A stretch of DNA of 62,986 bases from Poseidonia sp. (GTDB lineage: Archaea > Thermoplasmatota > Poseidoniia > Poseidoniales > Poseidoniaceae), in the NCBI GenBank assembly GCA_030827365.1, contig JAUREO010000004.1, positions 1 through 62,986 on the forward strand, given 5' to 3'. Of this stretch, positions 50,687 through 59,045 are shown piece after piece (position 1 is the stretch's first letter; the number at the start of each line of letters is the position of its first letter). The notes beneath the pieces are model-generated. The model saw nothing but the letters and a program-made list of their open reading frames with translations. It was not told where the DNA came from and searched no databases. Made by a program: the position numbers and the translations under genes.

Positions 50687-53620
50687 TCATTCATTCTTGC
50701 GAACGAGAAGAGCACCGAGCAGACCAAGAACAGCAATCAATCCAGTAAAGCCTGGCAAAGTTGGGTTCTCGTCGCTGTATGCATCAGCAGATTCACTGTA
50801 CAATCGTAGCGTGTTCCACTCTGCATCAACATCTTCACTTACCGTAAAGTAATCGCCGATGGATAGGGTGCCTGAGTCATCTTCATCGAAGAAGAAAATA
50901 CCGTTTGCTCCTCCATCAGCCATAGCATCTGCAAGAGCAGTGGCGGGCACTGTTGAGTTTTCACAAACAGTCGTCGATTCATCTGTGTCATCATCGTATT
51001 CTTCTGTACATATTGCTAAGACAGCATGATAATCGGAGAGGTCGCCTTCAAAGGCAATTAAGCCATCTGCGGTCACGATCATATCTTCTGTTTCATCATC
51101 CCACGGTTCATCGCCAGTACAGAACCATTCTTCTGACATGGTGAGGTACATATCATCAATATCGTATGAGGTTGCCTTGGCATAATAGCATTCACCATCA
51201 GTAAATCCTGCCTCCGCTGCGGTGACCATGACATAATCCGAGGTAAATTCAGAACTCATGAGGGAATCGCCAGTCATTTGGTCAAACAATTCAACGACAA
51301 CATAGGCGAATTCATCGTCATTATCGTACTCGAGTGCCCAATAAAGGTCTGCTCCATCGTACCACAATGTGGTTTCAATGCCATCGCCTTCGTATTCTGG
51401 TTCATCTGAGCCGTCAGCACAGTCTTCCCAGCCGTCATCGAAGGCATCAGCATATACCCATTCAATTTCTCCTGAGTAGCACAAAAAGACTTCCTCGGGG
51501 AAAGCAAACAGTCCAAAGCCAGTCGCTGTGTCATACTCGTAAAGAATGTGAATATTGTCACCTTCCCAATTATCAAAGAATTCAATCATCGAATCATCTG
51601 CATCGAGAAGTTCTCCGACTTCCATTTCGCAAGTATCTTCGGTAGAATCATACTGACCATCACACCAATCTCCCGTTGAATCACCTGTTGCAACCGACCA
51701 ATCATCTACGGTTACATAGAGATAGGTTGCCATCTCTGTGGTGTCCTCGACAAGTTCCATGTGCCCGACGATGTCATCCTCGAAATACATGTACCATGAC
51801 ATTGGTATCGTGGCTTCTGTATCTGTCATGGTCATATCCCATTCGACCAATGTTTCACACATTGATGAATCAAGGGTGTAACCATCCCACGCATCCATGC
51901 CACCAGCGGTCCATGCGGTTGATTCGATAAACGGTTCACATACCCAAATGTAATCAAAGTAGTGGTCAAATCCTCCATCATCTTCGTAGTATTCATCAGT
52001 GCCATCTGGACAGTCTTCGACTCCATCATTGACTTCAGAAATCCAAACTTGAGAACCATCCATGCAGTCATACCAGTTAGTGGGGTTACCATCTGTATCA
52101 TATTGTTGCTCATCAGCACCATCTGCACAGTCGTCCATACCGTCGTTGACCCAACTGAATGGGATTTCGTCACCATTTCCGCAGATAAAGGTCCATTCTT
52201 CTCCGCCTCCATCATCGAATTCGTCTGAACCATCTGCACAGTCGTCCATACCGTCGTTGACCCAGTCTGCATCAATCACTTCGCCATCATGGCATGTGTA
52301 TCCATACATTGCTAATGCGAGTATACCGCTTGTTGTGGCTGCGTCGTATTGGTAATGGAGGAGCTCGTATTCTCCTTCCTCTGTGATGATTTCCATATAC
52401 ATGTCATCATAAGCTGTAATTTCAGCAAATGTCAATGAGCAAGTGTCAGCGGTCGAGTCGTATGTGCCACCTTCTTCTTCACACCACATGCCTGTTGAGT
52501 CACCTGTCTCTACAGAGTAATCGGACATAATCATGGAAATGATCATCTCATTCGAGATTGATATGAGTATTTCTTCTTCATCTTCGATCATGTTGAATGC
52601 TTGAGGCATACCGAGTTCCCCAGAGTATGTCTCGTCAATGACTATTGTTGAGTCTACAACTTCTCCGCACATTGAGTCGTCTAATGAATCCCAATTTCCG
52701 TATTCAGTAGGCATTGACTCATTGGTGAAATATTGACATTCCCAAATCATGGTCATTTCATCGTTTGATTCTTCATGGACCATGAGGTCGAATGAATCAG
52801 ATTCACCAAGGGAGAACGGTAATGCTTCCGTAGCAGAATATTCTGAGGAATCGATGGAAAGGTCAGCAGCAATTTCACTTGCAGTCAAGAATGTTATCTG
52901 CCCTGAGGTCTCAGTCTCGGCAATATCCACATTGATTGTTCGGATGACAAGACTGGCGTCGACCAAGATTTCGATGGCATGAGTCTCACCCTCGAGGATA
53001 AGGTCGGTTGTGAATTGATGATACACTTCCGTTCCAACCATACTCAATTCGTGAGTGAAATCTGCAGTTTCCCAATCATACATGGACATGTCCAAGCCCA
53101 CGTCGTTATCGTCATCTGACGAATCATCATCTTCGGCAGACATTTGGAGGAGAGTATCAGTGAATCCAAGGGCGCTTTGCATAGCGAATTTTTCACCGTT
53201 ATAATCAACATAAATTGTTGTGCCATCACCATTTGGAAATGCCCACCAATGATTTTCAAAACTGATCATTCCAGAGTCAACTGACATTCCAACGTGCATT
53301 CCTGATGCGGGTGAAATCACCATGGTTGTCGTCATGGTCATTTCCATTCCGTCTTCAGTCGAATCAACTACCTCAATCATACCAACAGATTCATCAGGCC
53401 CTGGGGTGTCGACAAGAAGGTCTTTGAGGGCTGAAGTGAGAATGGCCTCTGTGAGACACGCCTCGGCGTTTGAAGCGTTCTCATCGTAGTTGAAAGCAGC
53501 CGGGTCATTACAACCCGGTACGACGGTTTCAACGAGTTCGTCTATCAGTTCTTCTGTTACTCCGGTGCATCCTGCGAGCAGGAGCACCGATACTATTGTC
53601 AGTGCGAGAGTTTTCTGCAT
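50687..53620 (-). CDS. Highly acidic surface lipoprotein with LDL-receptor class A-like repeats and a C-terminal PGF-CTERM
   Basis: Lipobox LLLAGC; four F/Y-x-C...DG-x-x-DC-x-DG-S/A/T-DE repeats; duplicated ~165-aa module; C-terminal LPGF + hydrophobic helix + RKNE. Confidence 0.88.
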   Translation of the reverse strand: MQKTLALTIVSVLLLAGCTGVTEELIDELVETVVPGCNDPAAFNYDENASNAEACLTEAILTSALKDLLVDTPGPDESVGMIEVVDSTEDGMEMTMTTTMVISPASGMHVGMSVDSGMISFENHWWAFPNGDGTTIYVDYNGEKFAMQSALGFTDTLLQMSAEDDDSSDDDNDVGLDMSMYDWETADFTHELSMVGTEVYHQFTTDLILEGETHAIEILVDASLVIRTINVDIAETETSGQITFLTASEIAADLSIDSSEYSATEALPFSLGESDSFDLMVHEESNDEMTMIWECQYFTNESMPTEYGNWDSLDDSMCGEVVDSTIVIDETYSGELGMPQAFNMIEDEEEILISISNEMIISMIMSDYSVETGDSTGMWCEEEGGTYDSTADTCSLTFAEITAYDDMYMEIITEEGEYELLHYQYDAATTSGILALAMYGYTCHDGEVIDADWVNDGMDDCADGSDEFDDGGGEEWTFICGNGDEIPFSWVNDGMDDCADGADEQQYDTDGNPTNWYDCMDGSQVWISEVNDGVEDCPDGTDEYYEDDGGFDHYFDYIWVCEPFIESTAWTAGGMDAWDGYTLDSSMCETLVEWDMTMTDTEATIPMSWYMYFEDDIVGHMELVEDTTEMATYLYVTVDDWSVATGDSTGDWCDGQYDSTEDTCEMEVGELLDADDSMIEFFDNWEGDNIHILYEYDTATGFGLFAFPEEVFLCYSGEIEWVYADAFDDGWEDCADGSDEPEYEGDGIETTLWYDGADLYWALEYDNDDEFAYVVVELFDQMTGDSLMSSEFTSDYVMVTAAEAGFTDGECYYAKATSYDIDDMYLTMSEEWFCTGDEPWDDETEDMIVTADGLIAFEGDLSDYHAVLAICTEEYDDDTDESTTVCENSTVPATALADAMADGGANGIFFFDEDDSGTLSIGDYFTVSEDVDAEWNTLRLYSESADAYSDENPTLPGFTGLIAVLGLLGALLVRKNE
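52118..52264. repeat. Exact 36-bp direct repeat (52118-52153 and 52229-52264) within LDLa-like repeats 2 and 1
   Basis: ACCATCTGCACAGTCGTCCATACCGTCGTTGACCCA occurs twice, 111 bp apart; encodes WVNDGMDDCADG. Confidence 0.93.
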
Positions 53621-53642
53621 GTTTGAATTTCAAAAAAGGAAG

Positions 53643-53650
53643 TATATAAA
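53643..53650. promoter_or_regulatory. Putative shared TATA element between divergent genes (TATATAAA / TTTATATA)
   Basis: 23-30 nt upstream of ATG 53620 (minus strand) and about 34-41 nt upstream of ATG 53684 (plus strand). Confidence 0.5.
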
Positions 53651-53683
53651 ATATCTTAAGCATACTTGGTTTGCGATTTCTTG

Positions 53684-53875
53684 ATGGAGCAAGCGAAATC
53701 AGTCGAGGAGCACCTCGAACAATTAGCTTACCTTAACAAAGAAGCAGAAGAAATGGGCATTGACTTGTGGGGTGAATCGAAACCAACACGACCATGGGCT
53801 AAATACGCCCTTGCCTCATTCATGATTATCATGATGCTTTCGTGGGTGTCGAAATTGCTCTTTCGGTTTGTTTGA
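53684..53875 (+). CDS. Small membrane protein (63 aa)
   Basis: MEQAKSVEEHLEQL... with a single C-terminal hydrophobic helix; fills the gap before tRNA-Gln. The ORF track starts at 53666. Confidence 0.7.
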   Translation: MEQAKSVEEHLEQLAYLNKEAEEMGIDLWGESKPTRPWAKYALASFMIIMMLSWVSKLLFRFV

Positions 53876-53930
53876 ATCTTTGGAATCCTACCGTTGAGTT
53901 CAATAAGGCGAATTTTTACGCTTTGATGGA

Positions 53931-54003
53931 AGTCCCTTAGTGTAGCGGTCCATCATACGGGATTCTGGTTCCCGTGACCTCGGTTCGAATCCGGGAGGGA
54001 CTA
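53931..54003 (+). tRNA. tRNA-Gln (CTG)
   Basis: AGTCCCT/AGGGACT acceptor stem with the archaeal A1:U72 pair, anticodon arm CGGGA-TT-CTG-GT-TCCCG, GGTTCGAATCC T loop; no intron, no CCA. Confidence 0.97.
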
Positions 54004-54009
54004 CTTTGT

Positions 54010-54897
54010 TCAACTTTCAACATAGAAAGAGACCACATGTTGTAATGGTGAACCATGTTGAATGGTACCTGTAAAATGCTTTTCTTCACCCCAAACACCC
54101 ACTCGAAGTTTGAATGTGGTGGTCGGTTGAGAATCACCACGCATATGGTGCCGATGGAAGTGAACCAACACTTTGTACATGCCCTCCGGCGGTGTTTTTG
54201 CCCAAATCACGTTTTCTATTGGGGTGTCACTGAGTGGTTTTTCATTCATATCAACATCCATGCGTCCGCCGCACTGACTTCGACGTTTTTGGAAAGAAAT
54301 TTCTTCGTTGCTTGGTGTAATGACATAGAGGTCAAGGTCGTTGAAGTCGTCCCACATCAGTGAGATTTGAATGTGGCCCGTTAGAAGGCCTTCTCGCTTT
54401 GTTCTGTTTGCCAAATCCAATTTTTCTTCATCGGACAAATCGATTCGGGACACGCCAGAGCCAAAAATCTCCTTTCCAGAAAATTTGAGATGTTTTTGCA
54501 TGGCGTTACCATAGGCGAGATTCCAAGTCTTCCTGTCCGATTCTCGCTGTTGAGAAAACAATTCTTCGGTAGTTTCATCGCCAGATACATCTGTTTCTGT
54601 CGCGAGTTTGTATTGTTCGTAATTTTTCCCCCTATTGTTGTCTCGAATTTTCCAAGCATCGTATTCTTTAATGTTCAGGGTTTCAATTTGTCTTGAAAAT
54701 GTGACCAGTTTTGTATGGCCATCCACGAATTCAATTTTAGTTAAAAGACCATATTTTTCTGCTTCAGCATTCATCATGATGAACTGCATTCTCCGCTTTT
54801 TCTGGCGATATATTTTGAACATCGCTAAAGATATAATTACGAATACGAGGGCGTAAGGTATGGCATCTAGAGCCATTGTTCCAGCAATACCGAACAT
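54010..54897 (-). CDS. Membrane-anchored protein with a C-terminal YfaP/DUF2135-like domain
   Basis: N-terminal TM; C-terminal QISLMWDDFNDLDLYVITP...GGRMDVDMN...PIENVIW...EGMYKVLVH. Confidence 0.72.
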   Translation of the reverse strand: MFGIAGTMALDAIPYALVFVIISLAMFKIYRQKKRRMQFIMMNAEAEKYGLLTKIEFVDGHTKLVTFSRQIETLNIKEYDAWKIRDNNRGKNYEQYKLATETDVSGDETTEELFSQQRESDRKTWNLAYGNAMQKHLKFSGKEIFGSGVSRIDLSDEEKLDLANRTKREGLLTGHIQISLMWDDFNDLDLYVITPSNEEISFQKRRSQCGGRMDVDMNEKPLSDTPIENVIWAKTPPEGMYKVLVHFHRHHMRGDSQPTTTFKLRVGVWGEEKHFTGTIQHGSPLQHVVSFYVES

Positions 54898-54942
54898 CGC
54901 GCTAAACTATGAGGAGTGGTATTTTACCTTTCACTCGTCTGA

Positions 54943-55980
54943 TTATCCCAAGAGTGCTTGGTTGATCGCATCGAGTTGTGCTTTTGTGGGGCGTAATTCG
55001 TCATCCGAGTGATGGATGAGTGCCTTTAATGGCAAATTTAGTTCCTCAGTAAAAGATTCTTTATTTGGATTAAAGTACAGCAGGCCAGTCACATGCTTCT
55101 TTTCTTGTTCAGCTTGGTGAAGTGCTGACAATGCAGCCACTGCATTTCCAGGGTCATGTTCTTCTGAGATGGTTTCAAGTCGAATCACCGAACCATCGTG
55201 CAGCGTTATATCTCTATAATGGCCCTCGGGCACTTCAACTTCTGGAACCGGATTGAAGTGAGGAATATAGTCAGCCATGTGAAGCGTGATTTCATTATCT
55301 TTCACATAGCCATACGACTTCATTGATTCATCGTTGTTGTTAAATGTAACACATGGTGAAATGACGTCAATAAGTGCAAATCCTTTGTGCGACATGGCCG
55401 CTTTTATCAGAGAGGTGAGTTGAGATTTAGAACCTGAAAAAGAGCGTGCAACAAAGGTGCAGCCAAGGTTCACTGCGAGGGCACAAAGGTCGATTGGCTG
55501 AGTTTTGTTCACCTTACCTTTCTTTTTCTGAGAACCGATGTCGGCTGTGGCAGAATATTGACCCTTCGTCAATCCATACACTCCATTGTTTTCAACGATA
55601 TAGACCATATCGAGGTTTCGTCGAATGGCGTGAATAAGTTGACCAATTCCAATGGATGCTGAGTCCCCATCACCGGAAACGCCGAGATACAGCAGGTCTG
55701 GGTGAACTGCATTTGCTCCTGTCGTTACCGATGGCATTCTTCCGTGAACGGTGTTAAAGCCGTGAGACTGACCGAGATAGTACGCAGGTGTTTTTGATGA
55801 GCAACCGATTCCAGACATCTTCGCAATTCGATGAGGTTCGATTCCATTTTCCCATGCAGCATTGATGATCACTGTTGAAATTTGGTCGTGTCCACAACCG
55901 GGGCAAAGCGATGATGGACCTCCAGTGTAGCTTTCTTTTGGTTCATTGATGACATTCAATTTGACAACTTTTTCAGTCAC
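54943..55980 (-). CDS. korB: 2-oxoacid:ferredoxin oxidoreductase, beta subunit
   Basis: LCPGCGH, SGIGCSSKTP, HGRM, GDGDSASIG, ENNGVYGLTKGQYS, SPCVTFN. Confidence 0.95.
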   Translation of the reverse strand: MTEKVVKLNVINEPKESYTGGPSSLCPGCGHDQISTVIINAAWENGIEPHRIAKMSGIGCSSKTPAYYLGQSHGFNTVHGRMPSVTTGANAVHPDLLYLGVSGDGDSASIGIGQLIHAIRRNLDMVYIVENNGVYGLTKGQYSATADIGSQKKKGKVNKTQPIDLCALAVNLGCTFVARSFSGSKSQLTSLIKAAMSHKGFALIDVISPCVTFNNNDESMKSYGYVKDNEITLHMADYIPHFNPVPEVEVPEGHYRDITLHDGSVIRLETISEEHDPGNAVAALSALHQAEQEKKHVTGLLYFNPNKESFTEELNLPLKALIHHSDDELRPTKAQLDAINQALLG

Positions 55981-57764
55981 AGTCGCACCTCCTCAATTTT
56001 TTTGAGAATTTTTTCAGCATAGATTTTGCCTCTTGGTGGCATTCCATCTGAATATGCAACCGAGTGGACCTTTGGCACAAGATGGTTTGGGATTTCTTTC
56101 CGAATAATGGCATACAACTGTCCATCCCTATTGATTTCGAGAACGATGACCATTTCATGTCGTTCAATGAATGCTTCAACCTCTCCATGCAGTGGTAATG
56201 CACGTACTCTGCATTGACTCACCTTCATGCCGGTTGATTCCAAGATGTCGTCAATTTCTTGAATCGAATTTTCCATGCTGCCAAGATAGATAATTCCAAT
56301 TTCGCATTCATCTTCTTGTCGTAAAATCGGCGCAGGCAAGTCATTTCTTGCATTCGTAATCTTTTGGCGAAGGCGATTCATGAGGTAGAGATAATCTTCG
56401 GGTTTCTCGGAATATTTTCCTTTCTCGTTGTGTCCTGTTCCTCTGTACAAGATTGGATCCATACCCGAACCAGGTAATGTTCTGTAGGGAATACCGTCAC
56501 CATCGAAATCTTTGTATCTTCCAAAGTCTTCAAATGCTTCAAAAACATCTTTGTCTCGAATCACCTTTCCTCTATCCATTGGTTGGTCAGGATAATCAAA
56601 GCCAGCACAAGACCATCGGTTCATGCCCAAATCCAAATCTGATAACCCAAAGACAGGTGTTTGATAGCGTTCTGCAACATCAAAAGCCTTCCAGCCGAAT
56701 TCAAAGCATTCCTCAACGGTTCCGGGGATGAGCACGATGTGTTGAGTATCGCCGTGGCTCCCCTCGTACAAGATTTGAATGTCCGACTGTTGAGTTCTTG
56801 TTGGCAGGCCGGTTGACGGACCAACTCTGTTCACATCCCAGAACACGGATGGTACTTCAGCGAAATACGCAAGGCCGATGAATTCCTGCATCAGTGAAAT
56901 TCCTGGACCAGAAGTTGCTGTCATGCCACGTGCACCTGCCCAGCCTGCACCAATGACCATACCTGCTGCTGCGAGCTCATCTTCAGATTGGATGATGGCA
57001 ACGGTAGGTTCTCCTTCGCTGTTGAGTCGAAGTTTAGGGACATAAGCGATAATCGATTCGGCAAGCGAAGATGATGGAGTAATTGGATACCAAGACAACA
57101 TTTGGACGCCACCAAAAATACAACCAAGTGCGGTTGCTTCGTTACCTTCGATGAAAAAGCGTTCTTGTTTTCTCTCCCTCGGCTCAAGAACATAATTGTC
57201 TTGTTTTGAAAGATTTTCAATGAAATATTCTCTTCCGAGTGAAAGTGCAGAAGTGTTGAGTTCGATTGCACTCGCTTTGCCCTTGAACTGTTTCATCACT
57301 GCTGATTCCAATGCTTCATTTTCGATACCTAATATTTCTGCAAGTGCACCGACATAGATGATATTAGAAACGAGTTTTGCCAATTTTGGGTTGAGTTTTC
57401 GAGCAAGTGAATTCATTGGAATGGGGTATGAAATGACATCTTCACGTTCCATGGGCATTTTGCCATCTGAATTCCATACGACAACAGTTCCCGGTTCAAG
57501 AGCGGCAAGGTCTTCCTCCCAGGTTGCTGGATTGACTAAAACTTGAAGGTCAACTCGATTTCCAGGTGCTTGGTAGCCTTGGTCGGATACTCGGATGATG
57601 TACCACGTAGGCAAACCAGAGATGTTTGACGGAAACAAGTTCTTACCACTGACTTCAATACCCATTTCAAAAATGGACTGAAGTAAGATGAGGTTTGCAG
57701 ATTGAGAGCCAGTTCCGTTGGCAGTCGCAATGTTGAGCGTAAAGTCGTTAATGATAGGAGCCAT
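55977..57764 (-). CDS. korA: 2-oxoacid:ferredoxin oxidoreductase, alpha subunit (gamma-alpha fusion)
   Basis: NGTGSQSA, FPSNISG, GNEA, WYPITPSS, QSEDELAA, TATSGPGISLM, RVGPSTGLPT. The ORF track starts at 57788; ATG 57764 is preferred. Confidence 0.95.
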   Translation of the reverse strand: MAPIINDFTLNIATANGTGSQSANLILLQSIFEMGIEVSGKNLFPSNISGLPTWYIIRVSDQGYQAPGNRVDLQVLVNPATWEEDLAALEPGTVVVWNSDGKMPMEREDVISYPIPMNSLARKLNPKLAKLVSNIIYVGALAEILGIENEALESAVMKQFKGKASAIELNTSALSLGREYFIENLSKQDNYVLEPRERKQERFFIEGNEATALGCIFGGVQMLSWYPITPSSSLAESIIAYVPKLRLNSEGEPTVAIIQSEDELAAAGMVIGAGWAGARGMTATSGPGISLMQEFIGLAYFAEVPSVFWDVNRVGPSTGLPTRTQQSDIQILYEGSHGDTQHIVLIPGTVEECFEFGWKAFDVAERYQTPVFGLSDLDLGMNRWSCAGFDYPDQPMDRGKVIRDKDVFEAFEDFGRYKDFDGDGIPYRTLPGSGMDPILYRGTGHNEKGKYSEKPEDYLYLMNRLRQKITNARNDLPAPILRQEDECEIGIIYLGSMENSIQEIDDILESTGMKVSQCRVRALPLHGEVEAFIERHEMVIVLEINRDGQLYAIIRKEIPNHLVPKVHSVAYSDGMPPRGKIYAEKILKKIEEVRL

Positions 57765-57906
57765 ATGCCATTCCTGCCGTTGCATCACAAGTGGTTCTGC
57801 TTGACCTTTCCGTGGACAGTAAGTCTTTGAAGGTGTTGTTTCTTCTTTGTCAGATGTGAACTCAACGAAGAGGGAAAAACAAAATTGTCAACCACTTCGG
57901 CCAAAC

Positions 57907-58977
57907 ATGGACAGTGGAAAATCTACCCCTAATTCTTCATCAAAAGAAGGCAACGAACTTGCAACTGCTTGGGATAAGGCAGAAAAGGCAATCGTCAAGA
58001 ACAAACCAGACCAAGCCTTAGCCATCTTGCGTGAAGTGGATGAAAAGGGAACTGAAGCCAAAACACTCCATCTTGCAGGTCATGCAACTTGGCTAAAAGC
58101 CAAATCCACGGGCTCTGTCGGCGATTATCGAAAGGCAGCAAAATTACTCAATGATTCACTCATCATGAATCCTCGTGATAAAAAAACCAATTCGACGTAC
58201 AACGAACTCAAGAACGAAATGCAAAACAAGGGCATTGGTGAATCCTCTTTCCCGAAGTTGTTGTCAAATGGGGCTCCGACTTTGGCAGGAATTGTAACAC
58301 TGTTTCTTGGTTTGGTCACCATACTTGCCTTGGTTCAATACATGAACAGTCTCGGTTCTGAAACAACGGATATCGTCGAACTCCATCTTGAATGGAGTGA
58401 AAATGGTGTTGAGAAATCGGGAACCATCGCACTTGAACTTTACCCTGACAAAGCTCCAATCCATGTTGAAAATTTCAAGGAAATCGTGGCACAAGGAGAA
58501 TACGATAACACCATTTTCCATCGAATCATCGATGACTTCATGATTCAAGGTGGAGATTTCACCAATGCCGACGGAACTGGAGGCCACGCTCTTGTATGGT
58601 CCAATTTATGCAACGGCCAAGATTCAACCGATTCATCCTGTTCAGGTCAAGGAAATGAAGCATGGACCATTCCAGATGAGGCTGATAACGGTCTTGTCCA
58701 CGACCCTTGTACGATCTCCATGGCAAAAACCTCACAAGCGAACACAGGTGGAAGTCAATTTTTCCTCATACCCCAAGACAGCAACGGTGGAGAAGGTCCA
58801 AGTTGGCTTGATGGTGTTCACACTGTGTTTGGAAAAATCACCGTTGGTTGTGATATCGTGACCACACTCAGTGAAGTTGACACAGCATCGAATGACAAAC
58901 CGATGGAAGATGTCGTTCTTGTTTCCGCAACATTTGTTGGCCAATCGGAATCACGACCATGGTACCAATTTTGGTGA
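57907..58977 (+). CDS. Cyclophilin-type peptidyl-prolyl isomerase with N-terminal TPR-like helices and an internal TM helix
   Basis: LELYPDKAPIHVENF, FHRIIDDFMIQGGD, SMAK...NTGGSQFFL, WLDGVHTVFGKI; TM LAGIVTLFLGLVTILALV. The ORF track starts at TTG 57847. Confidence 0.92.
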   Translation: MDSGKSTPNSSSKEGNELATAWDKAEKAIVKNKPDQALAILREVDEKGTEAKTLHLAGHATWLKAKSTGSVGDYRKAAKLLNDSLIMNPRDKKTNSTYNELKNEMQNKGIGESSFPKLLSNGAPTLAGIVTLFLGLVTILALVQYMNSLGSETTDIVELHLEWSENGVEKSGTIALELYPDKAPIHVENFKEIVAQGEYDNTIFHRIIDDFMIQGGDFTNADGTGGHALVWSNLCNGQDSTDSSCSGQGNEAWTIPDEADNGLVHDPCTISMAKTSQANTGGSQFFLIPQDSNGGEGPSWLDGVHTVFGKITVGCDIVTTLSEVDTASNDKPMEDVVLVSATFVGQSESRPWYQFW

Positions 58978-59045
58978 GCATTGAAGTTATTACAGGAGGA
59001 ACGGTTTCCGTTGCCTTCATAGACTCCTGCTTTGTGGCCTAAAAC

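Noticed and set aside
52118-52264. 36-bp exact direct repeat resembling a CRISPR repeat in length
   Set aside because: Only two copies, a 75-bp in-frame coding spacer, located inside a CDS, and no cas genes.
53931-54942. Integrative element at tRNA-Gln (or at tRNA-Phe 41155-41227)
   Set aside because: No integrase, no duplicated tRNA 3' end seen by eye, and flanking genes are housekeeping.
58990-59045. Canonical iron-responsive element
   Set aside because: No CAGUGN loop or bulged C; retained only as an unexplained inverted repeat.
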